DNA from: Epiperipatus broadwayi
Taxonomy: Eukaryota; Animalia; Onychophora
Direction of reading: 5' to 3'
Assembly: GCA_028023455.1 (NCBI GenBank)
Contig: JAQFVV010000002.1
Location: forward strand, 15,624,001-15,688,000
Length of the DNA stretch: 64,000 bases
Shown piece by piece: positions 51,353 to 64,000 of the stretch (its first letter is position 1; each line of letters begins with the position of its first letter). The position numbers and the translations under genes are program-made. A model generated the notes under the pieces. That model made no database searches, was not told the origin of the DNA, and was given only the letters and a program-made list of their open reading frames with translations.

Positions 51353-52970
51353 CATATATTGATACAGGTGTATAATAAGCCTGTATTTCAGTTAAAAAAT
51401 AATATAACAAATTAGAAAATAAAATAATTGTTTTAATTATCTGAATGTGAAAAATTACAAAGAAAGAAAACTCATTTAATAATAAGTTGGTGTTCAGAAA
51501 TGGTTATCTAGATATACGTGTATGTAGATATAATTTTAACTTACCGACTGGAGTGTTTTCATCTATCTTCAATAATCTCTCAGGATTTGTAATTAATGGT
51601 GAAATTGATAGAACAAAACCTAGAATTAAGATGAAATATATATATATTAACAAATTTTTAAAAGATTATTTAATAAAACTGTCATAAATTATATTGAATT
51701 AAAAGTGTATTTGTGTATGATGCAGTTATTTAGAATCTTCATTCTATAAAGCAAAAATATCGATAAGAAAAACTAATATTAATAATTTTATTTTTGCAAA
51801 ATAATAATAGTTTTATACTGTCTATTTTAAAGTACAAATATTTCCAATTAATCTCCAAAATATCAAAAAATCTTGAGAAAAAGACAGCCTTCATCACATA
51901 GTCCAGTTATATGTGGATTTTTACACATTTTTCCAGGAAAATATACATCCATTTATTAGGCAATATTGGGTGTATCATTCAATTGGATATGAAGAATGCT
52001 ACATGATATTAAAATTTTTTAGTTTTACCTTAAGCCCAAATCTGGCTATAGCCATCTAAAAGTAATTAGAAAACTACAGAAAAAAAATAAAATTATCCAA
52101 ATTTTCTCAGTCAATACGATTGTAAATTAGCTTCGGCTTACTAATTTATTTTATCAAGTGCCTAAAAAATTGAAGATGCCATTGAAAATACATATCATAT
52201 TTATGGGTAACAATATTTATCAATGTAGCTTATGGTTTATTTTAAAATTATTTTGAACAATTCATTTTTATGAATGTAACATGCTTATTTTTAACAAATT
52301 AGCTGTTTCTTTATATCTTACTATTAATTTAGGTGTATGTGTGTCAAATTTCTTATTACATTAAATATTTCTATGACTACTAACTGGAATTAGAGTGAAG
52401 TCAAACGAATTTTATATATGTTTATAGATTCCAAACAATCTTAAAATGTTTCTGTCAGGTTTGTGGCCTATAGCCAAATCAATTAACCGTGAAACATTAT
52501 TTGGTGAATAGTTGTTTAGCTAGTGTTAACTGGAGGATAATAATTCCTTATTATAATTTATATTATCAAGCAAATATTGATGTACTGGGTATAAATGAAA
52601 AAAGTATGATTGTAATTCAATGCATATTTTACTTCTTGGAGAGGGGAGGGAGATTGTAACTCTAAAGATATGTAAACCATGGATTATATTTATTTTTATG
52701 AAGATAGAATGAAAACAAAATTGCAAAATAAAGATTGTTTAAAATAACTCTAAAATAAAATAAATTATTGTGAAAAAAGATCATATTTGTAACACATTAA
52801 TAATATGATCTTACCATTTTCATATTATATGCAGTTTAAAAAGTTTTTTGAGGAAAAGAAATTGGACTAAAATTAATTTAAAATAATACAGAGAAAAGTT
52901 TTTAATTAAATGTTGAACTGAATAATCAAATAACTTTCTATATTTACTTATACTTACAAGATGCAATAAC

Positions 52971-53432
52971 AGGCAAAACTCACTATACGTATTGCCACAC
53001 ACAGCAAGCTAGAGTAATCAATGGATGCCAGAAGGCTTGTGCATTAAATCCCCATCTAGTGCCTACTCATCCAATATCCCCATATTAGTTTCTGGCTTGT
53101 GGCCTTCATCAGTGAGGAGCCTTGGATCTGAGAGCACTGCACCTAGATCTTAGGATCTAATGCAACCCCCCCAGCAGCCACCTTTTATCTCCACTTAACT
53201 ACAAAACTATGAGTCTTAAACTGAAAACATCTTAATGTTTTCAATCCAAGCTCATTAGCTTATATAGTCATATGGGTCAGGCACTAGATGGGAATTTTGT
53301 GCACAAGCCTTCTGGCATCCGTTGATTACTCTAGCTTGCTGTGTGTGGCAATACGTATAGTGAGTTTTGCCTGTTTTAACAACAGCTATACACAAGCATA
53401 AGAAGCGGTGGTCATGTGATGCTTATTGGCTT
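52971..53432. mobile_element. Family C solo unit (minus) with inverted partial arm, flanked by a 13-bp direct repeat
   Basis: ~96-bp near-perfect inverted arms 52968-53063 / 53279-53375; AAGATGCAATAAC at 52958-52970 and 53433-53445; minus strand shares ATATGACTATATAAGC and GCATT..ATCCTAA...GGTGCA blocks with the 20.5-21.6 kb array. Confidence 0.8.
53076..53117 (-). ncRNA. Type I hammerhead ribozyme motif (family C)
   Basis: UCCUCA-CUGAUGA-AGGC-CACAA-GCCA-GAAA-CUA-AUA/UGGGGA: 6-bp stem I, intact core boxes, single substitutions in stems II and III. Confidence 0.7.
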
Positions 53433-54140
53433 AAGATGCAATAACTTTAATTCTTTCATTATCAATTGATATCTTGTAAATGTTGTTTTTATAAACAAGA
53501 TTTACTTTACAAAATATGTTTAGAGGTAACAAAATAAAATAAATATTGATTTATAAAGATGAAAATCCCTCAAAAAAATCATGTTAATAAAACATTTGTC
53601 AAAAGTATCTCCACTATGCTTTCCTTATTGATTTTTATATCAAGCAATAAAATTCAGTCCAGAAGTAGCTTCACTTCTTAGATGAAGAAGAAAGAAAGGT
53701 TTATGGCTTTATTGTTCAGGAATTCATAAAAAGCTTATGTGCCAGACCTGCAAGTTTCGAAATCAATCCTGGAACCTTCCAATCCCAAGTCAAATATAAA
53801 GCCAAACTACATAGGGCTACTTCTTAGATTATGAAACTTAAACCTAATCAAGGAACAAATAAGTCCAGATACATTACTAAGACTGCCTTTGGGTTTGTTA
53901 TATAATAACTAACTTTCTATTACCAGCTATTTTAGTTTTCATATTCTAAATATTACATATTTGATAAGCTATAAAATTATTTATGTTTATTAGAATTATT
54001 AGGATGATGTAACTTTCATTTTTTTTAAATCAGTATTTTTTTGTTATAAGTTTTTATTCTGATTTGAATGCTGAATGGGATTTATTTAGACTTGTTGTTT
54101 TTTACATTTTTGTGTGTTTATGTCATCAATAATTTTAAAC

Positions 54141-54687
54141 CAGTGGTCTTCAACCCTTGATCTGCGGACCAGTGCTGGGCAGCAGAACTTTTCTGCCAGT
54201 CTGCACTAGACTGGCAGAAAAGTTTGTAATAACAAAATAATAAGAGTTTAAACTTTTAATTAACATAAACAATTTTTATTTATTTTTTCATCTCATTTTT
54301 ATACAATTAAAAAAAAGGAAACAGAATGAAAACAAAATCTAATCAATCATACATAAATTAATTTGTTTTTCTAGTTAACACTGATGTTTATGGGGGGGGG
54401 GGGTAATTAAATTTTGTATTACTTTTCTAAAAAAATTCAAAATTAAAAAAAAAGTTTTTTATTATACAAACTCCATATATATATAACTTCATCTTGTATA
54501 TTTAACATTGTTGTTTTGATAAGTTATAACAATTATGCTCATCTAAGGCTAAGTAGTTTACATCTTTAAGAAAATTTATCTCTAGACTTCTGCCAGTCCG
54601 CGAAGCCTTATTCTTATTTTTGCCGGTCAGTGAAACCTTATCCTTATTTTTACCAGTCCACAGGTTTGAAAAGGTTAAAGACCACTG
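54141..54687. mobile_element. Non-autonomous hAT element (MITE)
   Basis: TIRs CAGTGGTCTTCAACCCTT / AAGGTTAAAGACCACTG; TSD TTTTAAAC/CTTTAAAC; repeated CCAGTC(C/T)GC subterminal motifs. Confidence 0.9.
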
Positions 54688-54862
54688 CTTTAAACCAATC
54701 TTTTTCTCAATTCTTGATACTACAAAAACTTCTATGTTTGATAGAATCTTGGCTCATGCAACTTTAAACTTATATAGTACATTTATTTTCTAAAAACAGC
54801 AATCCTAATATACATACAGAGATATAAATTAAGAATCTAACTGATAAAAAATTACTCTAAAT

Positions 54863-55333
54863 CAGGGGTAGGCAAATAGTGGCCCGCTAAGACTTATGCG
54901 GCCTGCCAAGACAATCAGAAAAATCCACCTTGAATTGAGATTTCCTTTCCGTGCACGACCGAAGATTCATCTCTTATTTTCTGCTAGGGTGGCCACATCA
55001 ATAAACACGTGCAGTGTAGACATAAAGTGCAGTACTTTTTCAGTTGATGTGGTTAATTTCAATTTTGTCTTTGCATTAGCAAATATATACATTTTCAACT
55101 TTAATAAAGTCATGAACCCTCTGAAAAAATGTAAAATCAGTAATGAATGTCATGTGTTTAATGAAGAATGGACAAACAAATATTTCTTTGGTAATGCAGG
55201 GAATAAAGTAGTGTTTATTATGTAATGAAAAAAGGTGTGGCCCTCTACTAACCTTTGCTTGCACAAAGTGGCCCCCAGTGCAGCCCTCTGTCAAACTCTG
55301 TGGCCCTTGAGCCAAAACAATTGTCCATCCCTG
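54863..55333 (+). mobile_element. Internally deleted hAT element (SPIN/GTF2IRD2-like) retaining the transposase start
   Basis: Termini CAGGGGTAGGCAAA / TTGTCCATCCCTG; perfect 8-bp TSD CTCTAAAT; MNPLKKCKISNECHVFNEEWTNKYFF...KVV resembles the SPIN-type BED N-terminus. Confidence 0.9.
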
Positions 55334-56483
55334 CTCTAAATCAATATACATTTAAATATATAAATTTTTATGTATTGATTTATTTGCTTCTCTGTAACTA
55401 TTTGTTTTTAGGCTAGTAAAAATATTTGATTAATTTTCACTTTTCTTTCACATTTTGAATAATATTGTTTGGTTTAATAAAAGTTTGTTAATAATCATTC
55501 TTCTAATGATATTTTTGTCTATATCACTCATTTATAGAGACAATCTGCTTTAAAAATTGAAGAAAAAAAACATTTTGAATATTTTTAAGACTGAATCAAG
55601 TTATTATAATAAATTTCTTAACAAGTTTTTTTTTAAAGTCAGAGTTAATGGCATATTGTCTAACATTTTCTCATTATTGATATTATATTTGCATATTCTG
55701 TTTCATAAACAATTTCTACTTTTTAATATTATCATTATCATTAATGATTATCTCTAAAAAGACAAAAACTAAACTTCAATTCACAACATTCTTCAAGTCT
55801 TTATGATTATTGTTTCAAACTTCAGACTCACACTTTTCTTTTTTGTAGTTAGCAATCAACTTTTTTCTCTTATCACTTTTTTTTAAAATCTCTGCTCAAC
55901 CTTTAAACATCACTTTATAATTTGTTTTATAAATTTAAATTCATCTTCTTCATTTCATACTTTATTCAATAAATATCTTTTCATTAATTTTCTTTAACAT
56001 TTCAACATTGCAAATACTATTCTTCCGATTTATTTTTTTCAAAGTCCGTAACTCACAAATCTGTAATCCTTTATTATTCTATTCTCTAATGTTCAAAATT
56101 TACTGCAAATAAAGTCACACTTCAAAAAAAATGTAAAATTATATTCCAAACACAACATTTAGCATGTCTTTTTCTTAATATCAACTTTAATAGCCATCAA
56201 AATAATCTTCTTATTAAACATTTATCAGTTATTATAATGCATACTCTAATATCTTTGTCATTTTACTAATCACATAAATAAATATTATAAATTTTTAAAA
56301 ATCTTAATAGGTTCTAAAAATTCCTCAACCACAATGTATAATTATTGCTTTGAAGTTAGATAAAATGATGTATATTCAAAAGCTTTCTAGAATTTTTCTA
56401 GATTCTTATTAATAGTTTAAGCTCATTCTAAGAGTATGCAAGTGTTGTTAAAACTGATGAAATAAATCTTTGTCATGTGTCAT

Positions 56484-56564
56484 TGCATCAAACGAGAAGT
56501 GAACCCACTAACCCAGGACAACTGCTTGTAAAACAGCTTTCGCTGACATCTCAACCACCAATGC
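56484..56564 (-). pseudogene. Degenerate tRNA-like sequence (possible SINE head or pseudo-tRNA)
   Basis: GCATTGG...TTGATGCA acceptor-like pairing, GCTGT-TTTACAA-GCAGT anticodon-like arm, GGGTTCACTTC degenerate B box. Confidence 0.35.
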
Positions 56565-59500
56565 TCGACATGAAATGAACCTTTATACTCTGAATGCTAA
56601 CTTTATTCTGCGTAAACACCATAAGAAAACGCATATTGTTTAATCTTACACATAATTTTTAATTTATATGCAGATTTTTTTGATAGTTGTTGTTTCTTTC
56701 AATCTATACTACTTTTGTTCAAAATATTCAGTGAAGTAACTCAATTCATTCTATTAAAAGTATTCTCAAAATCAATAAAACAAATATAAATTAACAATTA
56801 TTTCCATATAATCTTTCACTATTTTTATTGTGGCTGCATCAATATACAGTTTTGAACTTATTAATCTTTATGTTACAAAAAAAATCAATTCAGATGTCAC
56901 ATGACCTAATTTAATAAGCTTGTGTTTACAAATGTTATATATAAAGCTTGCAAAATAAGCTCTTAACAAACTTTGAGCATTTCCTCAACAATAAATTAAT
57001 GTACATGCTACAGAAATGATTCAGTGAAACATTACAATCAAGTTTATGAAACAGAATTTGCCTTTTAAATTTTCTCAATGATTTATTGATAGTATAACAC
57101 ACAGTAAACTATTTCACTTGTTATAATATCAAGAATATTAGCACATGCATTATGGGCTCAATCCCTAGAGAATCAAGTAAATCCCAGAAGCACAACTGTT
57201 ATATTTAGGTAAAATGAGATTTTTTTAAAGACATAATTAAATCAATTTTTTTTTTTTTCTGTTTTTTCATCGCCCCGGCCGCGGCCCCCCACCCCCCCCT
57301 CCCCACACACCCCCTCTCGCCTGCGCTCCCCCCTCTCTCCTCCCCCCTCACGACACAATTTTAACATTTTCTTCAATTATGATTTATAATCTTAAAATTA
57401 TGTAATTGATTTTTTACTTATAATTCAACTCTGAATTTTTAAAAATTATATTATAAAAAAAAATTAGGTTTTTGTATTATCATCTGATTGATAAAATGTT
57501 TATTTATATATTTTTTGGTATTTTAATTTTATGCTATGTATTATTTTTCAACAAACAAAGATTCAATCAAAATAATAAATAATAACAGCCACTACTAATG
57601 TGTGTGATTTTTTTATATATATAAAGCTAAACTGAAAGAAAAACTTGTGAAGTATTATTTGTGAATTCTTTTTTTATTTTTAAACATTTTTTTCTTCTTA
57701 AGAAAAGAGAAAAAAATTATATATGATAAAAAACAATCTCATAATTTAAATCAAATTCTTTAAAAATATTTTTTTTTATTTCTTGTTAAAGTGGAACTAA
57801 TTATAAAACAGAAATAATTATAAAAGAAAAAAATATGTAAACAAAAAAATACCAAAATTAAAAAAAAAGAAAGAGCTACATTATAATAAAATAAATAATT
57901 AGAAAACTTCTAATTATCATTATATGTTAAATATCATTATCAACCATCAGTCAAAAATAGATCCCACAAATTAATCCAAACTCCTTTTATCAAACAAATC
58001 TATTATTTGATGTGTTACCAAATGGTCATAGAAATATCTTTCCTTAAGATTAAAACAAACTCTTTATTACAATCTACAGTAAACTTAAGTAATCAATGAT
58101 TGCTAGATGATAGTGTATATAAATACCATCTACATATCAATTTCTGGTTTTTACATTTATCAATAAGAATTCATGATTCAAAGCTAGAAACAATGTCATT
58201 CTCCAACTAGCAACCACTTTTTATTCAAGCTAGTAGCCTAAAATTTAATTCACTAGGATATTTTGAACTAACACAAACTTTTTCAATAGATATATAAGTC
58301 TGACCTAGGATCATCATTTAACAATATCATATATTTTATCTGTAAATATCACTAACCAATTGTGTTCAAGTAGTTTGACTTGGATTCAAACCTGAGAATA
58401 TTTTGAAAAATGAGTGCTTCTAGTGGATATCATTTATCACTTGCATGTGCCAGAAGTGTTTTTGGGTGTTTTAAAATTCAAAATGGCTGCCAAGCGCATA
58501 CTATATCAGCACCAAAATTTTAATGCACTGCCATTTGATAGTCACTGAATTACTAAAGATTATTATAGGTGGCATTAGAGTGGAGAACTGCCTTTTTTAA
58601 CTACATATTATGCAAGCTAAAGAATCAAATAATTTATTATTATTTCTTAAAAGTGTCTTTTAACTTTAGAAAAAAGCATTTTGAATACTCTTTTTTTATC
58701 TTCTAGTAATTAAGATAACCTATTTCATATTAAATGATAAAAAAAAAAAACAAACTATAAACACATTTGCTAGCATTCACAATTCTAATTTCATTGGTTT
58801 CTTTGCTGATATTTATTCTAATATCAACATAATAAATAATAGGTATTTTATTTCTAATATGCCTGTGAATTTTAATCATACGATGCTAAAATGATCCTTG
58901 AATATAGTTTAAAAAGTAAAACTGTTTGCCACAAAATTAATGTAATACTAAATTTTCTTGCTTTTATATTTCTGCAACATAAACACAATGAAATAATATC
59001 CCCTAATTTATGGTCTTGTGGTGGTTTCATTATTTTTTTATGGATTTTTGACTTATTTCTTTTTTTTACATTATACATTGATCTTCCTCTGGTTTTCTTT
59101 TGACTCTTCATCTTTTTTTTTAATTTGCTTTATTTTTATTATCTTTCTGCATAAATGGCAAGTTGTTCCTGTTCTTTAAAACAGAACAGTTTGATTTTAT
59201 ATTTTTAACTGAAACTTAATTAAATCAACACTTTTCTCATCATTCTTTATTTGATAAAAGATTTAGAATTTTATGAACTGACAGATCTATCAAAATATTA
59301 TTTTAGAAGGTGATACTGCTTTTCATAAAGATGTTTTTTTAGTAAAGATGTTTCATTCTCCTTTTTCTTTTTGTGAATCCATATGGTATGAAATTACCTT
59401 AAATCACAAGTTTAATTACTTTGGGAACTATAAACCTTAAATCTATTTTCTCATTTTTATAGGCTTGAATAATAGCTGAATTCACTTGAAGATTTTTTGA

Positions 59501-60204
59501 TTGGCTATAATAATATTATTACTGATGATTTAAATATTCCAGATTTATTTCAGGATAGAATTACTATACACACACCTTTCTTTTTTGTGTCCTAAAGCTA
59601 CTAGAATGTTAGTTTTGTAAATGATTTTTGGTTAAGCAATGTAATTCATGTTAAGCTTCTCATTGCATTTTGGATGATATTCTGTGTAATTTACCACTAT
59701 TTAGTAATATTCACCCTATTGATGTTCATCAATCACCTATTGAGTTTTATATTAAAATACATCATATATGAAAAGTAACTATTTTACTATTACAAAAAAA
59801 AAAGATTATAGGAAAGATAATCATGTAGATTTTTGAAAGAATATTTTTAAAGTCAGTAGGAATTTATTGTATTTCTATAATGATGTGAATAATGGTTTAG
59901 ATGTTTTTTTTTTAAGATTCTTAATAGTTTTATCAATTTATATAATATTAAGAAATTCTCTTTCCATAACGACTTTCTCCTTGGTTTGCACATATTCTCA
60001 TTCAGATTATTAAGAGAAAATCATGCCATTGCAGACTCTTCTTTATCTGCTTTTATAATCAATTTTATTGTACAGACTCTAATTTAACACAGAATATCTC
60101 CTTTTATAATAATTTTATTAACTTCACAAGATTTTCTAAATATGTTTACAAAAGTGATTTGCAAAATTATATTTTTAAAAAATTGAATTTAATATTTTTT
60201 CTAA

Positions 60205-61460
60205 CTTGAAAGAATTTTGGGGTTTCATTAATAACTCTGGTTTGGATAAAAAAAACGTTCAAGTCATTCATGGTTCATCATCAAATGTAGATGATTTTTC
60301 CAAACATTTTGCTATTTGTATTTATCACAATCTGCAACATTTTCAAGAAATATATTTTCTTGTGATTCTCCTATTATTCAGTGTATGGTAATCACATTTC
60401 TAAGAAGGATGTTATTGCAGCCATCAAGTGATTTAAAACTCATTCTAGTTTAGGTTATAATAATATTCCTTTCTTTATTTATAAGGTTTAGCAGAATTTA
60501 TTGCAGGACCTCTTATTTTCATTTTTCATATGTCACTTAATTTCTGTATTTTTCTAATACTCTTAAATACACCAAAATTGCTCCAGTTTTTAAGAATGGA
60601 TCCAAGAATTGTGTTAATGACTATAGATCTATTTCTGTCTTACATACCACTGCTTGAATTTCTAAAAAATGTATTTACAATACAATTCTGGTATCAGTAA
60701 AATTATTTCTTCTTCAGAACATGAATTTATTCCTAATAGATCAATAGAAACTAATTTGTTCATAATGTATGATCATATAGCACATGTGATTGAGGATCAA
60801 CAGAAACTTGATGTTATTTATGTTGATTTACCAAAAACCTTTGATAAAATAGTTTACATTATTCTCCTTCACAAAATTACACAATATGGATTTTTCTCTA
60901 AACTTATTCAATGGTTTCAATCTTTTATTTGTAGTTGTATAGCATATGTTAAATTCAACAATAATATCTCCTTTAATTTCACATGTAATTTAGGTATTCC
61001 TCATGGTAGTATTTTAGCACACATGTTTTTTAACATTTATATAAATAAACTTAACAATTGCCTGAAACTTGATTATTTTCTATGTTTTGCAGATGACTGT
61101 GAAATCTTTAGAAGAATTACACCAGTGATTAATTGCACTCTTATTTAAAAAGGTATTGATAACTTTAGTATCTGGTGTGATCTAAATAATATGTTATAAC
61201 AATTTATTTTTTATAATTTATAACAGGTCATTAGTACTTCTTATCAGAAAATTATGTAATTAGTTATAAATTTTTGTAACTACCATTTTAGTGAATCTAT
61301 AAATAAAAGTCTTGTGAAATAGTAGTTTGAATGTGTACAAACCATGCCTATTGTGTTGAATACAATAAACAAAATAAACAGGCTTTAAAGTCTGAAACTG
61401 ACAGTCTAATTTATTGAACAGCATTTTTAAAAAAATAATAAATACACACACACAAAATAG
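60205..61460 (+). mobile_element. CR1/Jockey-group LINE reverse transcriptase relic
   Basis: KEFWGFI, IAPVFKNG...DYRSIS, ORF 60669-61148 with FIPNRSIETNL, DVIYVDLPKTFDKI, GIPHGSILAHMFFNIYIN, CFADDCEIF. Confidence 0.85.
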
Positions 61461-64000
61461 TTTCTGTGAAATGAGAATAATATTTTTTGTTCTAAGACAT
61501 AGATTATTTACGATAAATGATTGGAAAATCTACTTATTAATCAAATCATAAATTTAAGGATAAAGAAAAATTAACTAGATAAATTAATACACACACCTGT
61601 ATAAGGTTAATAATAAAATGTAGTCTTACTTTATAATACTTTATCATATCTTATCATGCTGATTGTAATTTGCCATTATTATGTTTAGATAAAGCTATGC
61701 TTGATATTAATTAATAATGCTCATGGTTTTGTTTTTAATTTGTTACATATAGAAATATGTTTTGTGAAATCTTTTTATTTATATGTCTGTACATATGAGT
61801 AAGATCATAATATAGAAGGTATTGTATATTTTGAATCATGGTCTAAATATGACATGTCTCTTAGTTAGATAAATATTAATTAAAAGAAGTTTATATTAGT
61901 AAAATACTCGAGTCATATATTTATAATCTACTTCTAATAACTTAAATGATAAATACATCACAACATATACAATGTATAAAATATTTCTAAAATTAAAGTT
62001 TGGTTATTTATATGATAAAGTTGATTTATTAACATTTCAGTATGAATAAGTTTTACGTAGTTTAGCACAACAGTAAGGTGGTAAACTTAAGAGCTAAAAG
62101 TTCATAAATTTGGTTTTCAATTGAGAGGAATAAATAGTTATCACAAGTGAATGGAATACTGTATTTAACCTTTTACTTAGACAATCAAATGTCACATGAC
62201 TTTCCAGTAGATAATTACATTATTTTACATTATCATGCTTTTATTACTTCATTCTTTAAATAGTACTCATTTGATACTATTTGGATATTCTTGCTGCTCT
62301 CTGCTAACTTAAGAATAAAATTAAAGATGAATGTTAATTAATCAGTTCTTTAATTATTGTAAATGGTCATATTAATTATTTATATACTATAGTATTTTTT
62401 AAAAAAAAAGATGTGATAGAGAAACTTTTTTATTTCTTAGATTGAAAATGTTGTCTATTCTACAAATAAAAATTAGTAATAGTTACTTTTACATTAGGAT
62501 GCCTTATTTTTTGGTATGTAATGATCTAGGATTCATAATATAGATGGGTGAATTTTTATCATTTTTATAGGTTGTAAACTAGTTTGTCTTTTTTTTTTCA
62601 ATTAGAAACTTCTTCATAGCCAACATAGCTAGTGACCAGAAAATGGATATCCAGCTATTTTTAGCTAGAGGATAAATACCACAGATTAATATGGGTTGGT
62701 CAAATGCTGTAGCTTTCATTACTGATGAGAGAAGAAAACATATTTTTGCAGGTGGTGAGGTCATAATTACTTTTACCTTCATATATTGAAAAAAAATGCT
62801 TTCCTATTTTATAATTTAAAAGGCAACTGATTAATAAATAAAAATAAAACAGCATCTTATCAAACACATATACAATGAAGAATTTCACAAGTATAACTGA
62901 TTGCCACAATCAGGAGTCTTAATGTATATTGGATACATTTTGTAAACAGGCTTAGAATGTTTTTTTCCAAGCAACTTGTCTATCCAGTTAATCAGCCAGT
63001 ATTGGTCAGTAATTGAGTATCTAGATATTATTAGCTGAAGAGCTAATCTATGTTAATCAGATGAGAATTGATACCCTGGATGTTAATCCATACATTCTTT
63101 TTATCTTTTAATGGTACAGCGTACATTAAAGTTTATAATATTACTAGAATGTAATTCAAAGAAGGTTCAAATTAGTTATGCCAACACCAATTTCTATTGT
63201 TATTCAGTTTCCCGATTGTTCTGGAGAAGCTACAATGCATTATTTTATTGTTGATGATTTTTTGTCTCCTTTTGAATTCTAAAAAAGTGTCCACTGATGC
63301 ATCTCTATATACCTGCACCATATAATAATATATTTGTCTCCTCTCATTCTTTTATCTTGTATTTTGTCTTGAAGAACATACTGTAAAAGGATATCAAGAT
63401 GCAAACAGAGACTTCTTCTCCATTCATTCATATATACTTTTTCTTGTAGAATTTGTTAATTTGACCTTTTATCTATCCATTTTGTTATCTCCATTTTACA
63501 GTAACATCACTTTTCTAATGGTATCAGGTGAATTGTTATTATTTTTTGTTTAAGATGCAGGTTTCTGTTGCATAAAGTGCAATTGAAAAAATGTAATAGG
63601 AAGTGAGACACCATCCTCAAAAGCCAAAATCATTCCCTAGATGCCAGTAATTTATTTTTTATTATAAGTTGGTCCAAGTAACAAAAGAACCTATTATTTT
63701 CTTAACATTAACTTTCATAATTTTTTTTTCAATATATAATTTGTTTGGATTTGAAAACCTGTAGGGATTTTGCTATACCCACAATGTTTGCCTGAAAATC
63801 TGAAAATTCTGTATTTATTGTTTTTAGACAGTTAATATCTCTTATATTTTCTATTAGCTTGGTTTAATATTCTCTCTGACGAGGCATTAAAGAAACAGCA
63901 AACATCTCTACATAATCTCTCAGTTCATACTGGATCCGTTAATCCCTCATTCAGCAATTTCTCTATCTAATAGGCCTTTGGCTTGTGTACTAAACATGCG

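Noticed and set aside
53755-53820. B-box-like motifs here (minus) and near 34815, 40045, 58380
   Set aside because: Too degenerate; no accompanying A box or cloverleaf.
62579-62909. Minus-strand ORFs 62579-62782 and 62700-62909 as a membrane-protein exon
   Set aside because: No recognisable domain and no clear donor site; cannot be distinguished from chance.

Overview
Very AT-rich, CpG-poor eukaryotic (animal-like) DNA with no intact host gene that I can support; it is mostly decayed transposable elements. Recognisable relics: a Gypsy pol gene split inside its integrase by a Buster-type hAT transposon (8-bp TSD), a second Buster/ZBED8-like hAT, two short hAT derivatives, an RTE LINE, a CR1/Jockey-group LINE, two Penelope-like elements (PLE; RT plus GIY-YIG) and a ~1.7-kb local duplication. 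The most notable signal is non-coding: at least four families of short repeats carry type I hammerhead-ribozyme (HHR) motifs (CUGAUGA/CUGAAGA - stem II - GAAA - short palindromic stem III - NUH). Family A has an HHR followed by Pol III A/B-box-like motifs. Family B forms HHR-centred hairpins. Family C is a ~430-bp unit found both as a tandem array with one HHR per unit (retrozyme-like) and as a solo inverted copy with a 13-bp direct repeat. Family D is the 3' repeat of a GIY-YIG PLE, with a tRNA-derived segment upstream of the HHR-like motif. Many copies are a long arm joined head-to-head to a truncated inverted arm, the same geometry as the coding PLE at 36-38 kb. My inference is a set of non-autonomous, ribozyme-bearing retroelements mobilised by Penelope machinery. 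Coordinates were read by eye and may be off by a few bases; ribozyme activity is untested.
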